Of a DNA stretch of 64,000 nt, positions 29,064 through 40,262 are shown in pieces. The notes under the pieces are model-generated. The model was not told where the DNA came from. It saw only the letters and a program-made list of their open reading frames with translations, and searched no databases. Both the position numbers and the translations under genes were made by a program. Within the stretch, counting starts at the first letter, position 1. The number at the start of each line of letters is the position of its first letter. Origin of the DNA: an uncultured Gammaproteobacteria bacterium (GTDB lineage: Bacteria > Pseudomonadota > Gammaproteobacteria > JACCXJ01); contig CAVXTM010000015.1 of assembly GCA_963764725.1 (NCBI GenBank), positions 1 through 64,000 on the forward strand, read 5' to 3'.

Positions 29064-29836
29064 CGGGGCTCTAGCGGATCGCCGGGCAGCAAGGTCAAGA
29101 TTTCGCAGCCGTCGCCGGTTACGAGCACCGTATGCTCCCATTGCGCGGAAAGAGCCCGATCCTTGGTAACGACGGTCCACTCATCGGGTAACAGTTTAAC
29201 GTGGCGTTTCCCGGCATTAATCATCGGTTCGATGGTAAAAGTCATGCCCGGCTCCAGCCGCAACCCGGTGTCCCGGCTCCCGTAATGCAGTACCTGGGGC
29301 TCCTCGTGAAACTCCCGGCCGATCCCATGCCCGCAGTATTCGCGCACGACGGAAAAACCATGCGTTTCCGCGTGCCGCTGAATCGCGGACCCCAAGTCCC
29401 CGAGCCGAGCGCCCGGCCGGACGGCTGCGATCCCTATATGCATGCATTCGTGACACACCTCGACCAGCCGTTTGGCGCGCAAGGCGGGCGTGCCGACAAA
29501 AAACATTCTGCTGGTATCGCCGTGGTACCCCTCTTTGATGACGGTGACATCAATATTGATAATGTCACCGTCTTTAAGCCGCTTTTCGCCTGGGATACCG
29601 TGACACACGACATGGTTAACCGAGGTGCAAATGGATTTCGGGAATCCGCGGTAATTGAGCGGCGCCGGGATCGCATCCAGCGTATTGACGATATAATTGT
29701 GGCAGAGGCGATCCAGTTCGCCGGTGGAGACGCCGTCCACAACGTGGGGGCGAATCATCGCCAACACTTGTGCCGCGAGCCGGCCCGCGACCCGCATCTT
29801 TTCGATCTCCTGAGGTGTTTTAATCGTGACCGGCAT
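29060..29836 (-). CDS. map: Methionine aminopeptidase type I
   Basis: CTSVNHVVCHGIP, NIDVT, GHGIG, TIEPM and AQWEHT motifs. Confidence 0.98.
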   Translation of the reverse strand: MPVTIKTPQEIEKMRVAGRLAAQVLAMIRPHVVDGVSTGELDRLCHNYIVNTLDAIPAPLNYRGFPKSICTSVNHVVCHGIPGEKRLKDGDIINIDVTVIKEGYHGDTSRMFFVGTPALRAKRLVEVCHECMHIGIAAVRPGARLGDLGSAIQRHAETHGFSVVREYCGHGIGREFHEEPQVLHYGSRDTGLRLEPGMTFTIEPMINAGKRHVKLLPDEWTVVTKDRALSAQWEHTVLVTGDGCEILTLLPGDPLEPR

Positions 29837-29888
29837 GGGATAGAGCGATTGCGCGCGCTGGCATCCGATTGTTGCCCTACATCAAGTA

Positions 29889-29903
29889 TGGTATAAAGCG
29901 CGG
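29889..29903 (+). promoter_or_regulatory. rpsB extended -10 promoter with GC-rich discriminator
   Basis: TGGTATAAA-GCGCGG, as conserved in gammaproteobacterial rpsB promoters. Confidence 0.7.
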
Positions 29904-29918
29904 GCTTTCATAGCAAAC

Positions 29919-29992
29919 CACTCACACACGGTAAGTTGCATTAGGGTGCCCGTTCACAGGGTCAATGCATGAAGTGTGGAGGTCTAACCCTA
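29919..29992 (+). ncRNA. t44 / rpsB leader RNA (S2 autoregulatory element)
   Basis: CACACACG...GGGTGCC...GGGTC...GTGTGGAGG.CTAACCC pattern between map and rpsB. Confidence 0.75.
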
Positions 29993-30007
29993 TGTAGGAG
30001 TGATTCC

Positions 30008-30961
30008 ATGGTCGAGGTAAGCATGCGCCAGATGCTCGAGGCCGGTGTCCACTTTGGCCACCAGACCCGCTACTGGCACCCGAAGATGGCCCCCTTTATC
30101 TTCGGAGAACGCAATAAGATCCATATCATCAACCTCGAAAAAACGTTGCCCTTGTTCAATGAGGCCATGGCCTTTCTGCAGAAACTGGCGGCGCGCAACG
30201 GCACCATCCTGGTGGTCGGAACGAAGCGGGCCGCGCAAGAGGTGGTAAAAACCGAGGCGACCCGCTGTGGAATGCCTTACGTGAACCGCCGCTGGATGGG
30301 GGGTACGCTCACCAATTTCCGGACCATCAGGCGTTCCATCAACCGTTTAAAAGAGGTCGCGGCCATGTCGGAGGAAGGTGGTCTGGCCGAACGCCTGAGT
30401 AAGAAGGAGGCGCTCCGCTACCGTCGCGAGCACGAGAAGCTCGAGCGCAGCCTTGGAGGCATCAAGGACATGGAAGGTCTTCCCGATGCGCTGTATATCA
30501 TCGATGTCGGGCATGAAAAAAATGCCGTGGCGGAAGCAAGGAAACTGAAAATTCCGATTGTCGCCGTGGTCGATAGCAATCATTGCCCCGATGGGATCGA
30601 CTATATGATTCCCGGTAATGACGATGCTATCCGTTCGATCGAGCTTTATCTTAAGACCGCCGCGGATGCCATCGCGCAAGGGCGCGTGACTTTGCCTGAA
30701 GCGGCGGTGGTGGGAGGGGACGAGTTTGTGGAGCTTGACGCTTCGGGCGAACCGATACGCCTATCCTCCAAGGAAGGAGATGAGCGGGCCGCGCTAAGAA
30801 AGAATGCCGTACCGCGTAAGAAAACGGCAAAGAAAAAAGTACCGATTAGGACGCGAGCGGCGGGCTCTACGAGGGCTGCCCGAGGGGCGGAGGACACCGA
30901 TGCGGCCCCGGCGGCGGCCGAGGAAGCGGCGGCCGATTCGCCGGAACCGTCCGCTCCTTGA
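30008..30961 (+). CDS. rpsB: 30S ribosomal protein S2 with long C-terminal tail
   Basis: [22 protein letters not shown] and PGNDDAIRS motifs; AGGAG before the ATG at 30008. Confidence 0.98.
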   Translation: MVEVSMRQMLEAGVHFGHQTRYWHPKMAPFIFGERNKIHIINLEKTLPLFNEAMAFLQKLAARNGTILVVGTKRAAQEVVKTEATRCGMPYVNRRWMGGTLTNFRTIRRSINRLKEVAAMSEEGGLAERLSKKEALRYRREHEKLERSLGGIKDMEGLPDALYIIDVGHEKNAVAEARKLKIPIVAVVDSNHCPDGIDYMIPGNDDAIRSIELYLKTAADAIAQGRVTLPEAAVVGGDEFVELDASGEPIRLSSKEGDERAALRKNAVPRKKTAKKKVPIRTRAAGSTRAARGAEDTDAAPAAAEEAAADSPEPSAP

Positions 30962-31028
30962 TGCGTTTACAGCAGCGTTCCGGGTCGCCCTGCCGGGGTT
31001 TTAATCGAAACGTCATGATGCACAGGGG

Positions 31029-31919
31029 ATGAGAATGGAGATCGCCGCCGCGACAGTAAAAGAGCTTCGGGAACGCACCGGGGCGGGGATATTAGACTGC
31101 AAGAAAGCGTTGATGGCCGCAGCGGGCGATCTTGAGCAGGCTATCGATATCCTGCGTAAATCCGGGGCCGCGAAAGCGGCGAAGAAAGCCGCACGAGTAG
31201 CGGCCGAAGGCGTTATCGTCATCAGCGTGGCGCCCGGCGCGGCGACGGCGGCGATGGTGGAGGTTAACTGCGAGACGGATTTCGTGACGCGCGCCGATGA
31301 TTTCAAGGCATTCGCGGAAGCGGTGGGCGGCTGTGTCCTCCGGCATCGGCCTCTCGATACCGACTCTTTGTTGTGCTTACCCTTGGAGGACGGGCAGGAG
31401 ACGGTGGCCGCCTGCTGCGAACAACTGGTCGCCAAGATCGGGGAGAAGATACAGGTGCGCCGCTTTACCTGGCTGGACGCCGGAAGCGGCGTTCTTGGGA
31501 TCTACCCGCACGGCACCAAGATCGGCGTCTTGGTCAGCATGGCCGGAGGGAATGCTGCGATAGCGAAAGATATCGCGATGCACATCGCGGCCAGCCGTCC
31601 CCTCTGCGTACATGAGTCTGAGGTCCCTGCGGATCTCTTGGCGCGCGAGAAAGCGATCTTCGCGGCGCAAGCGGCGGAAACCGGAAAGCCGCCGGCGGTG
31701 GTGGAGAAGATAGTGGCCGGTAAGCTCCAGAAATATAAGAATGAAGTCGCCCTCTTAAGCCAGGCGTTTGTAAAGAACCCCGAGGTGACGGTGGGAAAGC
31801 TGTTGGAGGGGGCCGGGGCGAGCGTACGCGCCTTCCAAAGATTCGCGGTTGGAGAGGGGGTCGAAAAGCGCGTCGAGAATTTTGCGGCGGAGGTTATGGC
31901 CCAAGCACGTGGAGGTTAA
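31029..31919 (+). CDS. tsf: Elongation factor Ts
   Basis: VKELRERTGAG and EVNCETDFV motifs. Confidence 0.98.
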   Translation: MRMEIAAATVKELRERTGAGILDCKKALMAAAGDLEQAIDILRKSGAAKAAKKAARVAAEGVIVISVAPGAATAAMVEVNCETDFVTRADDFKAFAEAVGGCVLRHRPLDTDSLLCLPLEDGQETVAACCEQLVAKIGEKIQVRRFTWLDAGSGVLGIYPHGTKIGVLVSMAGGNAAIAKDIAMHIAASRPLCVHESEVPADLLAREKAIFAAQAAETGKPPAVVEKIVAGKLQKYKNEVALLSQAFVKNPEVTVGKLLEGAGASVRAFQRFAVGEGVEKRVENFAAEVMAQARGG

Positions 31920-31925
31920 CTCGCG

Positions 31926-32672
31926 GTGAGCGCCGGAACCCCGAAATACCGCCGCATCCTGGTTAAGATGAGCGGGGAAGCGCTCATGGGCAAGACCGAT
32001 TACGGCATAGACCCTGAGGTGATACACCGTCTGGCCGGCGAGATCAAAGAACTGGCGGCCTGTGGCGCGCAGGTGGCGATTGTCATCGGCGGCGGCAATA
32101 TACTGCGCGGCCAAGGGTTGGCGGCCAAAGGGATAGACCGGGTCACGGCCGATCACATGGGTATGCTCGGGACTGTGATTAATGCCTTGGCCCTGCAGGA
32201 TGCCTTGGAGCGTATCGGTTTGTTCGCCCGGGTGATGTCGGCGATCCGCGTGAATCAAATCTGTGAGGACTATATCCGCCGCCGCGCGGTCCGACATCTG
32301 GAAAAGGGCCGGGTGGTGATCTTCGCGGCCGGAACGGGCAACCCTTTTTTTACCACGGATTCCGCGGCGAGCTTGCGTGCGATCGAGATCAACGCCGAGC
32401 TTATGATCAAAGCAACGAAAGTGGATGGGGTCTATTCGGCGGATCCCCGCAAGGTTCGGGATGCGCGCCGCTATGATCAGTTAGATTATGACCAGGTGCT
32501 TGTCGATAAACTGGGAGTCATGGATGCAACCGCGGTCGTGCTCTGCCGGGACCACGCCCTGCCGTTGCGCGTGCTTGATATGAGCAAACCGGGCGCGCTG
32601 CTGCGAGCCGTGATGGGTGGCAAGGAAGGAACGCTCGTGACCAGTGGAGCGAGCGCCGGGGCGAGACCATGA
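31926..32672 (+). CDS. pyrH: UMP kinase
   Basis: [15 protein letters not shown] and GNPFFTTD motifs. Confidence 0.98.
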   Translation: MSAGTPKYRRILVKMSGEALMGKTDYGIDPEVIHRLAGEIKELAACGAQVAIVIGGGNILRGQGLAAKGIDRVTADHMGMLGTVINALALQDALERIGLFARVMSAIRVNQICEDYIRRRAVRHLEKGRVVIFAAGTGNPFFTTDSAASLRAIEINAELMIKATKVDGVYSADPRKVRDARRYDQLDYDQVLVDKLGVMDATAVVLCRDHALPLRVLDMSKPGALLRAVMGGKEGTLVTSGASAGARP

Positions 32673-33226
32673 TAGACACTATTACGCGGGATGCCGATAC
32701 GCGCATGCACAAGGCCATAGAGTCCTTGCAGCACGAACTAGCGAAGGTCCGCACGGGACGGGCACATACCAGCTTGCTCGATCACATCCGGGTCGATTAT
32801 TACGGATCGGAAGTTCCGATCAGTCAGGCGGCCACGGTCACGGTGATCGATCCGCGCACCCTAGGGGTGACGCCCTGGGATAAAAGCATGGTGAAGACCG
32901 TCGAGAAGGCGATCTTGAATTCCGACCTTGGACTCAATCCCGCGACGGCGGGCGATCTCATTCGCGTGCCGTTGCCGGCGTTGACCGAGGAACGGCGGCG
33001 CGATCTCATCCGCGTCGTTAAGACCGAGGCAGAACAGGCCCGGGTCGCCGTCAGAAACATTCGTCGCGATGCGAACCACCATCTGAAGGAACTGGTGAAA
33101 AAGAAGGACATTTCCGAAGACGCCGAGCGCCGGGCGGAGGAGAAGATACAGCGTTTAACCGATGAAAACATCGCGTGTATCGAGGAGGTTTTGGCCGCCA
33201 AGGAGAAGGATCTATTGGAATTCTAA
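32669..33226 (+). CDS. frr: Ribosome recycling factor
   Basis: [12 protein letters not shown] and [10 protein letters not shown] motifs. Confidence 0.98.
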   Translation: MIDTITRDADTRMHKAIESLQHELAKVRTGRAHTSLLDHIRVDYYGSEVPISQAATVTVIDPRTLGVTPWDKSMVKTVEKAILNSDLGLNPATAGDLIRVPLPALTEERRRDLIRVVKTEAEQARVAVRNIRRDANHHLKELVKKKDISEDAERRAEEKIQRLTDENIACIEEVLAAKEKDLLEF

Positions 33227-33271
33227 CCTTAGCTGACGGCAGTTCACGCCCAACGGACCAGGAGAACGGCG

Positions 33272-34021
33272 ATGATCGCTTCAGGAAAACGCGCCACCAT
33301 CCCCCGCCACCTGGCCATCATCATGGACGGTAATGGCCGCTGGGCAAAACGCCGGAGATTACCGCGCGTTGCCGGTCACCGGGCGGGCGTCGCGACGGTG
33401 CGCCGGATGGTCGCGCCCTGCGCGGAGATGGGCATTGAGGTTCTGACGCTGTTTGCGTTTAGCAGCGAGAACTGGGGCCGGCCCAAGCGAGAGGTGGCGC
33501 TACTCATGGAGCTATTTTTTACCTCGCTGCAGGAAGAGGCCATGAAACTTCGCGAAAACAATGTCCAGCTGCGGGTGATTGGCGACGATTCCGCGTTTCC
33601 GGCAAAGCTGCGGGGGAGCATCGATGAGGTACAGAAATTAACCCGAGGAAACAGCGGGCTTATTTTGGTCATCGCGGCGAACTATGGGGGGCGTTGGGAT
33701 ATTACCCAGGCCACGAGAGCGCTCGCCAGTCAGGTTGCGGCCGGTGTCATGAGGGCTGAGGAGATTACGGAAGCCGCGGTGGAAGCACACCTAAGCCTCG
33801 GCGATCTCCCCGATCCCGACCTAATAATTCGCACCGGCGGCGAGCAGCGCATCAGCAATTACCTACTGTGGCAATTGGCGTACACCGAGTTTTTTTTTAC
33901 CGACTCTCTGTGGCCGGACTTCACGCCAGCTCAGCTGGAAATGGCGCTTAACTCTTATGCAATGCGACAGCGGCGATTCGGCAAGACAAGCGAGCAGGTC
34001 GAATGCGTTCGCGGCGCTTAG
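33272..34021 (+). CDS. uppS: Undecaprenyl diphosphate synthase
   Basis: HLAIIMDGNGRWA, FSSENW and RTGGEQRISNYLLWQ motifs. Confidence 0.97.
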   Translation: MIASGKRATIPRHLAIIMDGNGRWAKRRRLPRVAGHRAGVATVRRMVAPCAEMGIEVLTLFAFSSENWGRPKREVALLMELFFTSLQEEAMKLRENNVQLRVIGDDSAFPAKLRGSIDEVQKLTRGNSGLILVIAANYGGRWDITQATRALASQVAAGVMRAEEITEAAVEAHLSLGDLPDPDLIIRTGGEQRISNYLLWQLAYTEFFFTDSLWPDFTPAQLEMALNSYAMRQRRFGKTSEQVECVRGA

Positions 34022-34847
34022 GCGCCGCGTTGTCACCGCCGCCATTCTCATCCCGCTGGTGCTCGGGACCTTGTTCTTTTTGCCGACCGCGGGCGTAGCG
34101 GTTGTTTTCGGCGCCTTCATCGCGTTGGGCGCGTGGGAGTGGAGTTACCTCGCCGGTTGGTCGGCGTTCCAACCGCGTGTCTACTACACGATTGCGACGT
34201 CTGTCTGCATGGCGGCGGCATACTGGCTTTTGAGCTTGTCGTGGGTTAAGGATCAGATGGCCGGCGCCGCCCTGCTCTTGTTGGGCGGGTGGTGCGCCGC
34301 TTTCTATTGGCTGCTCGATTATCAGCGCCGCGGGATCGGTATTCCGAAGTCGCGGCCGCTACTGTGCGTGGCCGGTTGGTTTGTCGTGGTTCCCGGCTGG
34401 GCGGCGCTCATCGGTTTGCATGGCCGCGTCGATGGCGGGGTATTCTTGGTGGTCGTTCTTATGCTTGTGATTTGGTCGGCGGACATCGGGGCCTTTTTCG
34501 CCGGCAAGCGCTGGGGGAAGCATCGGCTCGCGGACAAGGTCAGCCCCGGCAAGACCTGGGAGGGATTGTGGGGTGGATTGGCTGCCTCGGGAGCGGTCGG
34601 GTGGCTATGTTCAGGGTGGATCCCCTTACGTTTTGCGGACCGCGTGGGGTTTACGACCCTCTGTCTCGCCACGGTCATATTCTCTGTGCTCGGAGACCTG
34701 TTCGAGAGCTTGGTGAAACGGCAAGCGGGGGTAAAGGATAGCGGTAGCCTGTTGCCCGGGCACGGCGGGGTCCTTGACCGCATCGATAGTTTGATGGCCG
34801 CCGCGCCGGTGTTCGCCCTCGGCAGTGCCGTTGGGTTGCCATTGTGA
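33957..34847 (+). CDS. cdsA: Phosphatidate cytidylyltransferase (start codon uncertain)
   Basis: [18 protein letters not shown] and [18 protein letters not shown] motifs; homology appears to begin at about 34014. Confidence 0.93.
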   Translation: MQCDSGDSARQASRSNAFAALRRRVVTAAILIPLVLGTLFFLPTAGVAVVFGAFIALGAWEWSYLAGWSAFQPRVYYTIATSVCMAAAYWLLSLSWVKDQMAGAALLLLGGWCAAFYWLLDYQRRGIGIPKSRPLLCVAGWFVVVPGWAALIGLHGRVDGGVFLVVVLMLVIWSADIGAFFAGKRWGKHRLADKVSPGKTWEGLWGGLAASGAVGWLCSGWIPLRFADRVGFTTLCLATVIFSVLGDLFESLVKRQAGVKDSGSLLPGHGGVLDRIDSLMAAAPVFALGSAVGLPL

Positions 34848-36025
34848 TTGGTTTGACAATCTTGGGGTCGACGGGCACTATCGGCGTTAACACGCTCGAT
34901 GTCGTCGCCCGCCATCGCGAGCGTTTCCGGATCATCGCGTTGACCGCTCATCGCGATCTCGAGCGGCTGGCGAGTCAATGCGAGGCCTGGCATCCTCCCT
35001 ATGCGGTGATGGTGGATGAAACCAAGGCATTGAAACTTGAGCGCCGCTTGGCCACGAGCGCGCCCGGCGTTCGCGTGCTTTCCGGATGCGCTGGCTTGGA
35101 AGCGGTCGCGAGCACCCCAGAGGCGGATTATGTGATGGCCGGAATCGTCGGCGCGGCGGGGCTGCTGCCCACGCTCGCCGCAGCACGCGCCGGCAAACGC
35201 GTTCTCTTGGCGAACAAGGAAGCGCTGGTCATGTCGGGGGGCATCTTCATGGAAGCGGTCAAGACTAGCGGTGCTGAGCTGTTGCCCATCGATAGCGAAC
35301 ATAACGCAATCTTTCAATGTCTGCCCCCCTCCTTTCCCGCGGGACTGGAACGGGTGGGCGTCCGACGTATACTCCTTACCGGATCGGGGGGGCCGTTTCG
35401 CAAGACGCCGCTTTCCGACCTCCACGCCGTGACCCCCGATCAGGCTTGCGCCCATCCCAACTGGGTCATGGGACGCAAAATATCCGTGGACTCCGCAACC
35501 CTGATGAATAAGGGGCTCGAGTTCATCGAAGCCTGCTGGCTATTCGCAACCACACCGCCACACATCGAGGTCGTGCTGCACCCGCAGAGCGTGATTCACT
35601 CGCTAGTGGAGTTCATCGACGGCTCGGTGCTAGCGCAGTTGGGTAATCCGGATATGCGGACGCCGATTGCCCATGCCCTGGCCTGGCCCGACCGCATCCC
35701 CTCAGGGGTCGCGCCGCTCAATCTTCTGGAAGTGGGGAGGCTGGACTTTGAACCTCCGGATCTCGAGCGTTTCCCGTGTCTGCGCTTGGCGCGCCAGGCG
35801 ATGGAAGCAGGGGGCACGGCGACCGCGGTATTAAATGCGGGTAACGAGGTCGCTGTCGATTCGTTTCTCAATGGCAGTCTGCGATTCAGCGATATCCCCG
35901 CCGTGGTCGCGGACACTTTAGCGAGCGTCCCAAGCGCGGGAGCCGACTCGCTCGAAGCGATCTTGGCCACGGACGCTGCGGCTAGAGCGCATGCGGCACG
36001 GGCCGTTTCTGCGAGGCGCCAATGA
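34844..36025 (+). CDS. dxr: 1-deoxy-D-xylulose-5-phosphate reductoisomerase
   Basis: [21 protein letters not shown] and [16 protein letters not shown] motifs. Confidence 0.98.
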   Translation: MIGLTILGSTGTIGVNTLDVVARHRERFRIIALTAHRDLERLASQCEAWHPPYAVMVDETKALKLERRLATSAPGVRVLSGCAGLEAVASTPEADYVMAGIVGAAGLLPTLAAARAGKRVLLANKEALVMSGGIFMEAVKTSGAELLPIDSEHNAIFQCLPPSFPAGLERVGVRRILLTGSGGPFRKTPLSDLHAVTPDQACAHPNWVMGRKISVDSATLMNKGLEFIEACWLFATTPPHIEVVLHPQSVIHSLVEFIDGSVLAQLGNPDMRTPIAHALAWPDRIPSGVAPLNLLEVGRLDFEPPDLERFPCLRLARQAMEAGGTATAVLNAGNEVAVDSFLNGSLRFSDIPAVVADTLASVPSAGADSLEAILATDAAARAHAARAVSARRQ

Positions 36026-37389
36026 TGGATGTCATTTTTTCAGTTCTGGCCTTCATCGCGGCCGTCGGGGTTCTGGTGGTGGTCCACGAGTTCGGTCACT
36101 TCTGTGTCGCGCGCGGCGTTGGCATCAAGGTGCTGCGCTTCTCGGTGGGATTCGGAAAGCCTATCTGGGGGCGCAGGATCGGTCGTGATCAAACGGAGTT
36201 CGTCGTCGCTGCCATCCCCTTGGGCGGCTACGTCAAGATGCTCGATGACCGGGAAGGGCCGGTGCCACCCGAGGATCTCAAGCGAGAATTCAACCGCCAA
36301 CCGCTAGCGGCGCGAACCGCGGTGGTGATAGCCGGACCGCTGTTTAATTTCTTGTTTGCGATCCTCGCTTATTGCGCCATGTATGTGATCGGGATCTCCG
36401 GTCTCAAGCCGCAGATCGGTGAGGTGGCCCCCGATTCGATCGCGGCCAAGGCGGGTCTTCGCCAAGGGGTCGAAATCGTATCCGTGGATGAGGAGCCGAC
36501 CCCAACCTGGGATGCGGTGATCAACGAGACGATTCCCAAGGTCGTCGACGGCGAAACGGTAAGTCTGTTGGTACGCGATGAGGACGGTCGCACCCGCAAG
36601 GTCGCAATCGATCTCGACCGAGTGCATATCGATGATCTCGCGCGCGGAAGCTTTTTGCGGCGTCTCGGCATCCAACCCTACCAGCCCCACCTCGAGGCCG
36701 TGATCGGGGAGGTGCTTGCGGGCGGGGCGGCGGAGCGGAGCGGGCTCCGGGCGGGCGATCGGATCCTGCAGGCCGATGGGCGCCCGATGCAGTCTTGGGA
36801 GCAATGGGTCGACTATGTCCAGGAGCGGCCGGAGCAGACGATTCAGGTCCGGGTCGAGCGCGGTGAGACGTCTCTTAGCCTTGAGGTGCGGCCGGAACGG
36901 GCAGAATTCGAAGGCAGAGCAATCGGGCGCATCGGTGCGGGCGTGGCCCCGCCGAAAGATCTCGACCCGGCGCTGGTCGCCACCCAGCGCTACGCGCTCT
37001 TGGATGCCTTTGGGCACTCCGTGTCGAAGACGCTGGAAATGTCCGCCATCACATTAAAGATAATTTTTAAGATGGTACTCGGCGAAGCTTCCGTCCAGAA
37101 TCTCAGCGGGCCGATCAGCATCGCGCAGTATGCCGGGCAGTCCGCCGGTATCGGACTGGCGGCTTTTTTATCGTTCCTAGCGATCGTAAGCGTGAGTCTC
37201 GGGGTGCTCAACTTGCTTCCGGTCCCGCTACTGGATGGGGGCCATTTATTGTATTACCTTATAGAGTTCGTGCAGCGCAAGCCAGTCTCGGTGGAGACGC
37301 AACGCTTTGCGCAGCAGATTGGGATGGTGCTGCTCGGGAGCCTGATGGCCATTGCGATATACAACGACGTCGCGCGCATCCTCAATTAG
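36022..37389 (+). CDS. rseP: RIP metalloprotease RseP
   Basis: HEFGH, two PDZ domains, [11 protein letters not shown]. Confidence 0.97.
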   Translation: MMDVIFSVLAFIAAVGVLVVVHEFGHFCVARGVGIKVLRFSVGFGKPIWGRRIGRDQTEFVVAAIPLGGYVKMLDDREGPVPPEDLKREFNRQPLAARTAVVIAGPLFNFLFAILAYCAMYVIGISGLKPQIGEVAPDSIAAKAGLRQGVEIVSVDEEPTPTWDAVINETIPKVVDGETVSLLVRDEDGRTRKVAIDLDRVHIDDLARGSFLRRLGIQPYQPHLEAVIGEVLAGGAAERSGLRAGDRILQADGRPMQSWEQWVDYVQERPEQTIQVRVERGETSLSLEVRPERAEFEGRAIGRIGAGVAPPKDLDPALVATQRYALLDAFGHSVSKTLEMSAITLKIIFKMVLGEASVQNLSGPISIAQYAGQSAGIGLAAFLSFLAIVSVSLGVLNLLPVPLLDGGHLLYYLIEFVQRKPVSVETQRFAQQIGMVLLGSLMAIAIYNDVARILN

Positions 37390-37409
37390 AATAAAAAGAA
37401 CTAAAGAAT

Positions 37410-39716
37410 ATGACGGTGGCCGGTGGGACTCTACTGCGGTGGCTCTTCGTGTTGCTCGTGACTGCCCAGACTGCTCTTCCGGCGCTCGGGGGGGAACCGT
37501 TTATCGTCAAGGATATCCGTATCGAAGGCTTGCGGCGGATCGCGCCCGGTACGGTTTTCAACTACCTTCCGGTCAAGGTCGGGGACGAATTCGACGAAAA
37601 CCGTTCGGGAGAAGCGATTCGCGCGCTATTCAAGACGGGTTTCTTCAAGGATGTCCGGATTGAGCGCGCGGGCGACACCCTAGTCGTGGTGGTCAGCGAG
37701 CGCGAGACCATCTCGACGATCGGTATCTCCGGTAATAGCGACATCAAGACCGAGGATCTATTCAATGCTCTAAAGCAGATCGGGTTCGCCGAGGGAGAGG
37801 TCTTCGACCGTTCGCTCTTGGACAAGGTGGAGCAAGAGCTTAGACGGCAGTATTTCGGGCAAGGCAAGTATGCGGTTCAGATCGATTCGAACGTAAAGTC
37901 GCTGGGAGGCAACCGGGTCGCGGTGACGATTCACATTGCCGAGGGACGCGCCGCACGTATTAAGCAAATCAATATCGTCGGCAACAAGGCGTACGATGAC
38001 GACGAGCTGCTGAAAAGCTTTAAACTAACGACGCCCACCCTGATCTCTTTTTTCACCAAATCGGATCAGTACTCGAAGCAAAAGCTCGGGGCCGATCTCG
38101 AAGCCCTGCGTTCGCACTACCTCGACAGCGGGTTTGTCAATTTCAATATCGATTCGACCCAGGTTTCCATTACGCCCGATAAGAGCGATGTGTATGTCAC
38201 GATTAACGTGAGCGAAGGGGAACGCTACGAAATTTCAGATGTGAAGCTCGCGGGCGATCTCATCGTCCCGGCGGATGATCTTTTCCCCTTGGTGACCACC
38301 GGGCGCGGCGAGATATTTTCGAGGAAAGAGGTCACCCAGACGAGCACCAACATTAGCGAGCGGCTCGGCGATGAAGGCTACGCTTTCGCCAACGTGAATC
38401 CGGTGCCGCAAATCGATGAAAAATCCAAGACCGTCTCATTGACGTATTTCGTGGACCCGGGCAAACGCGTGTACGTGCGCAGGATCAACTTTTCGGGTAA
38501 TGCCAAGACCCGCGACGAGGTGTTGCGGCGGGAGATGCGCCAGATGGAGGGCGCGTGGTTCTCGACCGGGAAGGTGAACCGTTCCAAGACCCGGTTGCAA
38601 AAGCTCGGTTACTTCGAGGAGGTCAACGTTGAGACGCCGGCCGTTCCCGACACCCCCGATCAGGTGGATGTCAATTATTCAGTGGTGGAACGGTCGTCCG
38701 GAAATCTATTGCTAGGTTTGGGGTATTCGCAAACACAAGGGTTGATCTTCAATACCAGCGTGGTTCAGGACAACTTCCTCGGCAGCGGGAAACGGGTGAA
38801 CTTTGCCTTCAACAATAGCGACGTCAACAGAGTATTTGCCTTGGGCTACAACAATCCCTATTTTACCATCGATGGCATCAGCCAAGGCTTCGATGTCTCC
38901 TACCGGGAGACCGACGCCGAGAGTGCGAACATTACCAGCTATGATTCCAAGGTCCTGAGTGGCGGGGTGAGCTTCGGCATTCCGATCTCGGAGTTTAATT
39001 TTCTCAATATCGGTTTCCAGTATGAGGATACGGAGATCAACGAAGGGTCCTTTCCCGCCGAGCAGGTGAGCGATTTTATTGAGCAGAATGGCAACAAATT
39101 CGATGCGTTGCTGATAAGTTCCGGCTTTGCCTACGACACGCGCAATAAAGCACTGTTGCCGGACCGCGGCACGTATCATCGCATCCGGGGCCAAGTGGCG
39201 GTGCCGGGCGGGGATCTTCAGTATTATAAAATCGATTACGATGGCCGCTGGTTTTATCCTTTTACCGAGGACTATGTGCTCGCTCTGCAGGGACAGCTCG
39301 GCTATGGTGATGGATACAGCGAAACCGAAGTTTTGCCGTTCTTCGAGAACTTCTACGCCGGCGGGCCGCGCACGGTGCGCGGTTACGAAGAGAACACCCT
39401 GGGCCCCAAGGATTCCCGCGGACGTGCGCTCGGGGGGAATGTCATGGTCGTCGCCAACGCCGAGCTCATCCTCCCCGTACCCTTTCTAACGGACGTGAAA
39501 TCGGTGCGAATTACTGCCTTCGTTGATGCGGGTAATGTTTATGGCGAGAACGAAGATGAAGATATTGACGTAGACACTATCCGGTTCTCCACGGGACTCT
39601 CGGGCCTTTGGGTATCGCCCTTCGGGGTTTTAACGGTCAGCGTGGCGTATCCTTTCAACGATAGCGACAGCGATAACACGCAACCCTTTCAATTCACGTT
39701 TGGCACTTCGTTCTAA
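37410..39716 (+). CDS. bamA: Outer membrane protein assembly factor BamA
   Basis: POTRA repeats, FYAGGPRTVRGY, C-terminal FQFTFGTSF. Confidence 0.97.
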   Translation: MTVAGGTLLRWLFVLLVTAQTALPALGGEPFIVKDIRIEGLRRIAPGTVFNYLPVKVGDEFDENRSGEAIRALFKTGFFKDVRIERAGDTLVVVVSERETISTIGISGNSDIKTEDLFNALKQIGFAEGEVFDRSLLDKVEQELRRQYFGQGKYAVQIDSNVKSLGGNRVAVTIHIAEGRAARIKQINIVGNKAYDDDELLKSFKLTTPTLISFFTKSDQYSKQKLGADLEALRSHYLDSGFVNFNIDSTQVSITPDKSDVYVTINVSEGERYEISDVKLAGDLIVPADDLFPLVTTGRGEIFSRKEVTQTSTNISERLGDEGYAFANVNPVPQIDEKSKTVSLTYFVDPGKRVYVRRINFSGNAKTRDEVLRREMRQMEGAWFSTGKVNRSKTRLQKLGYFEEVNVETPAVPDTPDQVDVNYSVVERSSGNLLLGLGYSQTQGLIFNTSVVQDNFLGSGKRVNFAFNNSDVNRVFALGYNNPYFTIDGISQGFDVSYRETDAESANITSYDSKVLSGGVSFGIPISEFNFLNIGFQYEDTEINEGSFPAEQVSDFIEQNGNKFDALLISSGFAYDTRNKALLPDRGTYHRIRGQVAVPGGDLQYYKIDYDGRWFYPFTEDYVLALQGQLGYGDGYSETEVLPFFENFYAGGPRTVRGYEENTLGPKDSRGRALGGNVMVVANAELILPVPFLTDVKSVRITAFVDAGNVYGENEDEDIDVDTIRFSTGLSGLWVSPFGVLTVSVAYPFNDSDSDNTQPFQFTFGTSF

Positions 39717-39724
39717 TTGGAGCA

Positions 39725-40252
39725 ATGATCTTGAAGACGCTTAAGTTATTTTCGAGTTTGATCGTTTTATGCGGTGCCGTGGCGGGCATGCCGTCCCGGG
39801 CCGCGGATTTGCGGATCGGGGTGGTCAATCCCATCAAGGTGCTGGAGGCTGCCCCGCAGGCCGAAGAAGCGCGGAAACGGCTCGAGCGTGAATTCGCCCC
39901 GCGCGATAAGAATCTGGTCGCGGCTCAAAGAAAAGCTAAACAGCTTGAAGACCGTCTGGCGAAGGATGCGCCGGTGATGAGCGATACCGAACGCCGCAAG
40001 ATCGAGCGTGACATCATCGGCGTAAAACGCGATCTCAAACGCGACCAAGATGAGTTTAGAGAGGACCTGAATATCCGCCGCAATGAAGAATTCGGCAAGA
40101 TCCAGCGCCAAGTGGTCGAGGCGATCCAGATCCTTGCCAAGGAGGAGGGATTCGATGTCATCGTCGGAGAAGGCGTGATCTACGCGAATGAGAAGGTGGA
40201 TGTCACGAGCAAGGTCGTCGAGCGTTTGAAGAAAGGCTACAAAGGCAAGTAG
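39725..40252 (+). CDS. skp: OmpH/Skp periplasmic chaperone
   Basis: Signal peptide, IGVVN, coiled coil; located between bamA and lpxD. Confidence 0.93.
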   Translation: MILKTLKLFSSLIVLCGAVAGMPSRAADLRIGVVNPIKVLEAAPQAEEARKRLEREFAPRDKNLVAAQRKAKQLEDRLAKDAPVMSDTERRKIERDIIGVKRDLKRDQDEFREDLNIRRNEEFGKIQRQVVEAIQILAKEEGFDVIVGEGVIYANEKVDVTSKVVERLKKGYKGK

Positions 40253-40262
40253 TGAGCCGACG

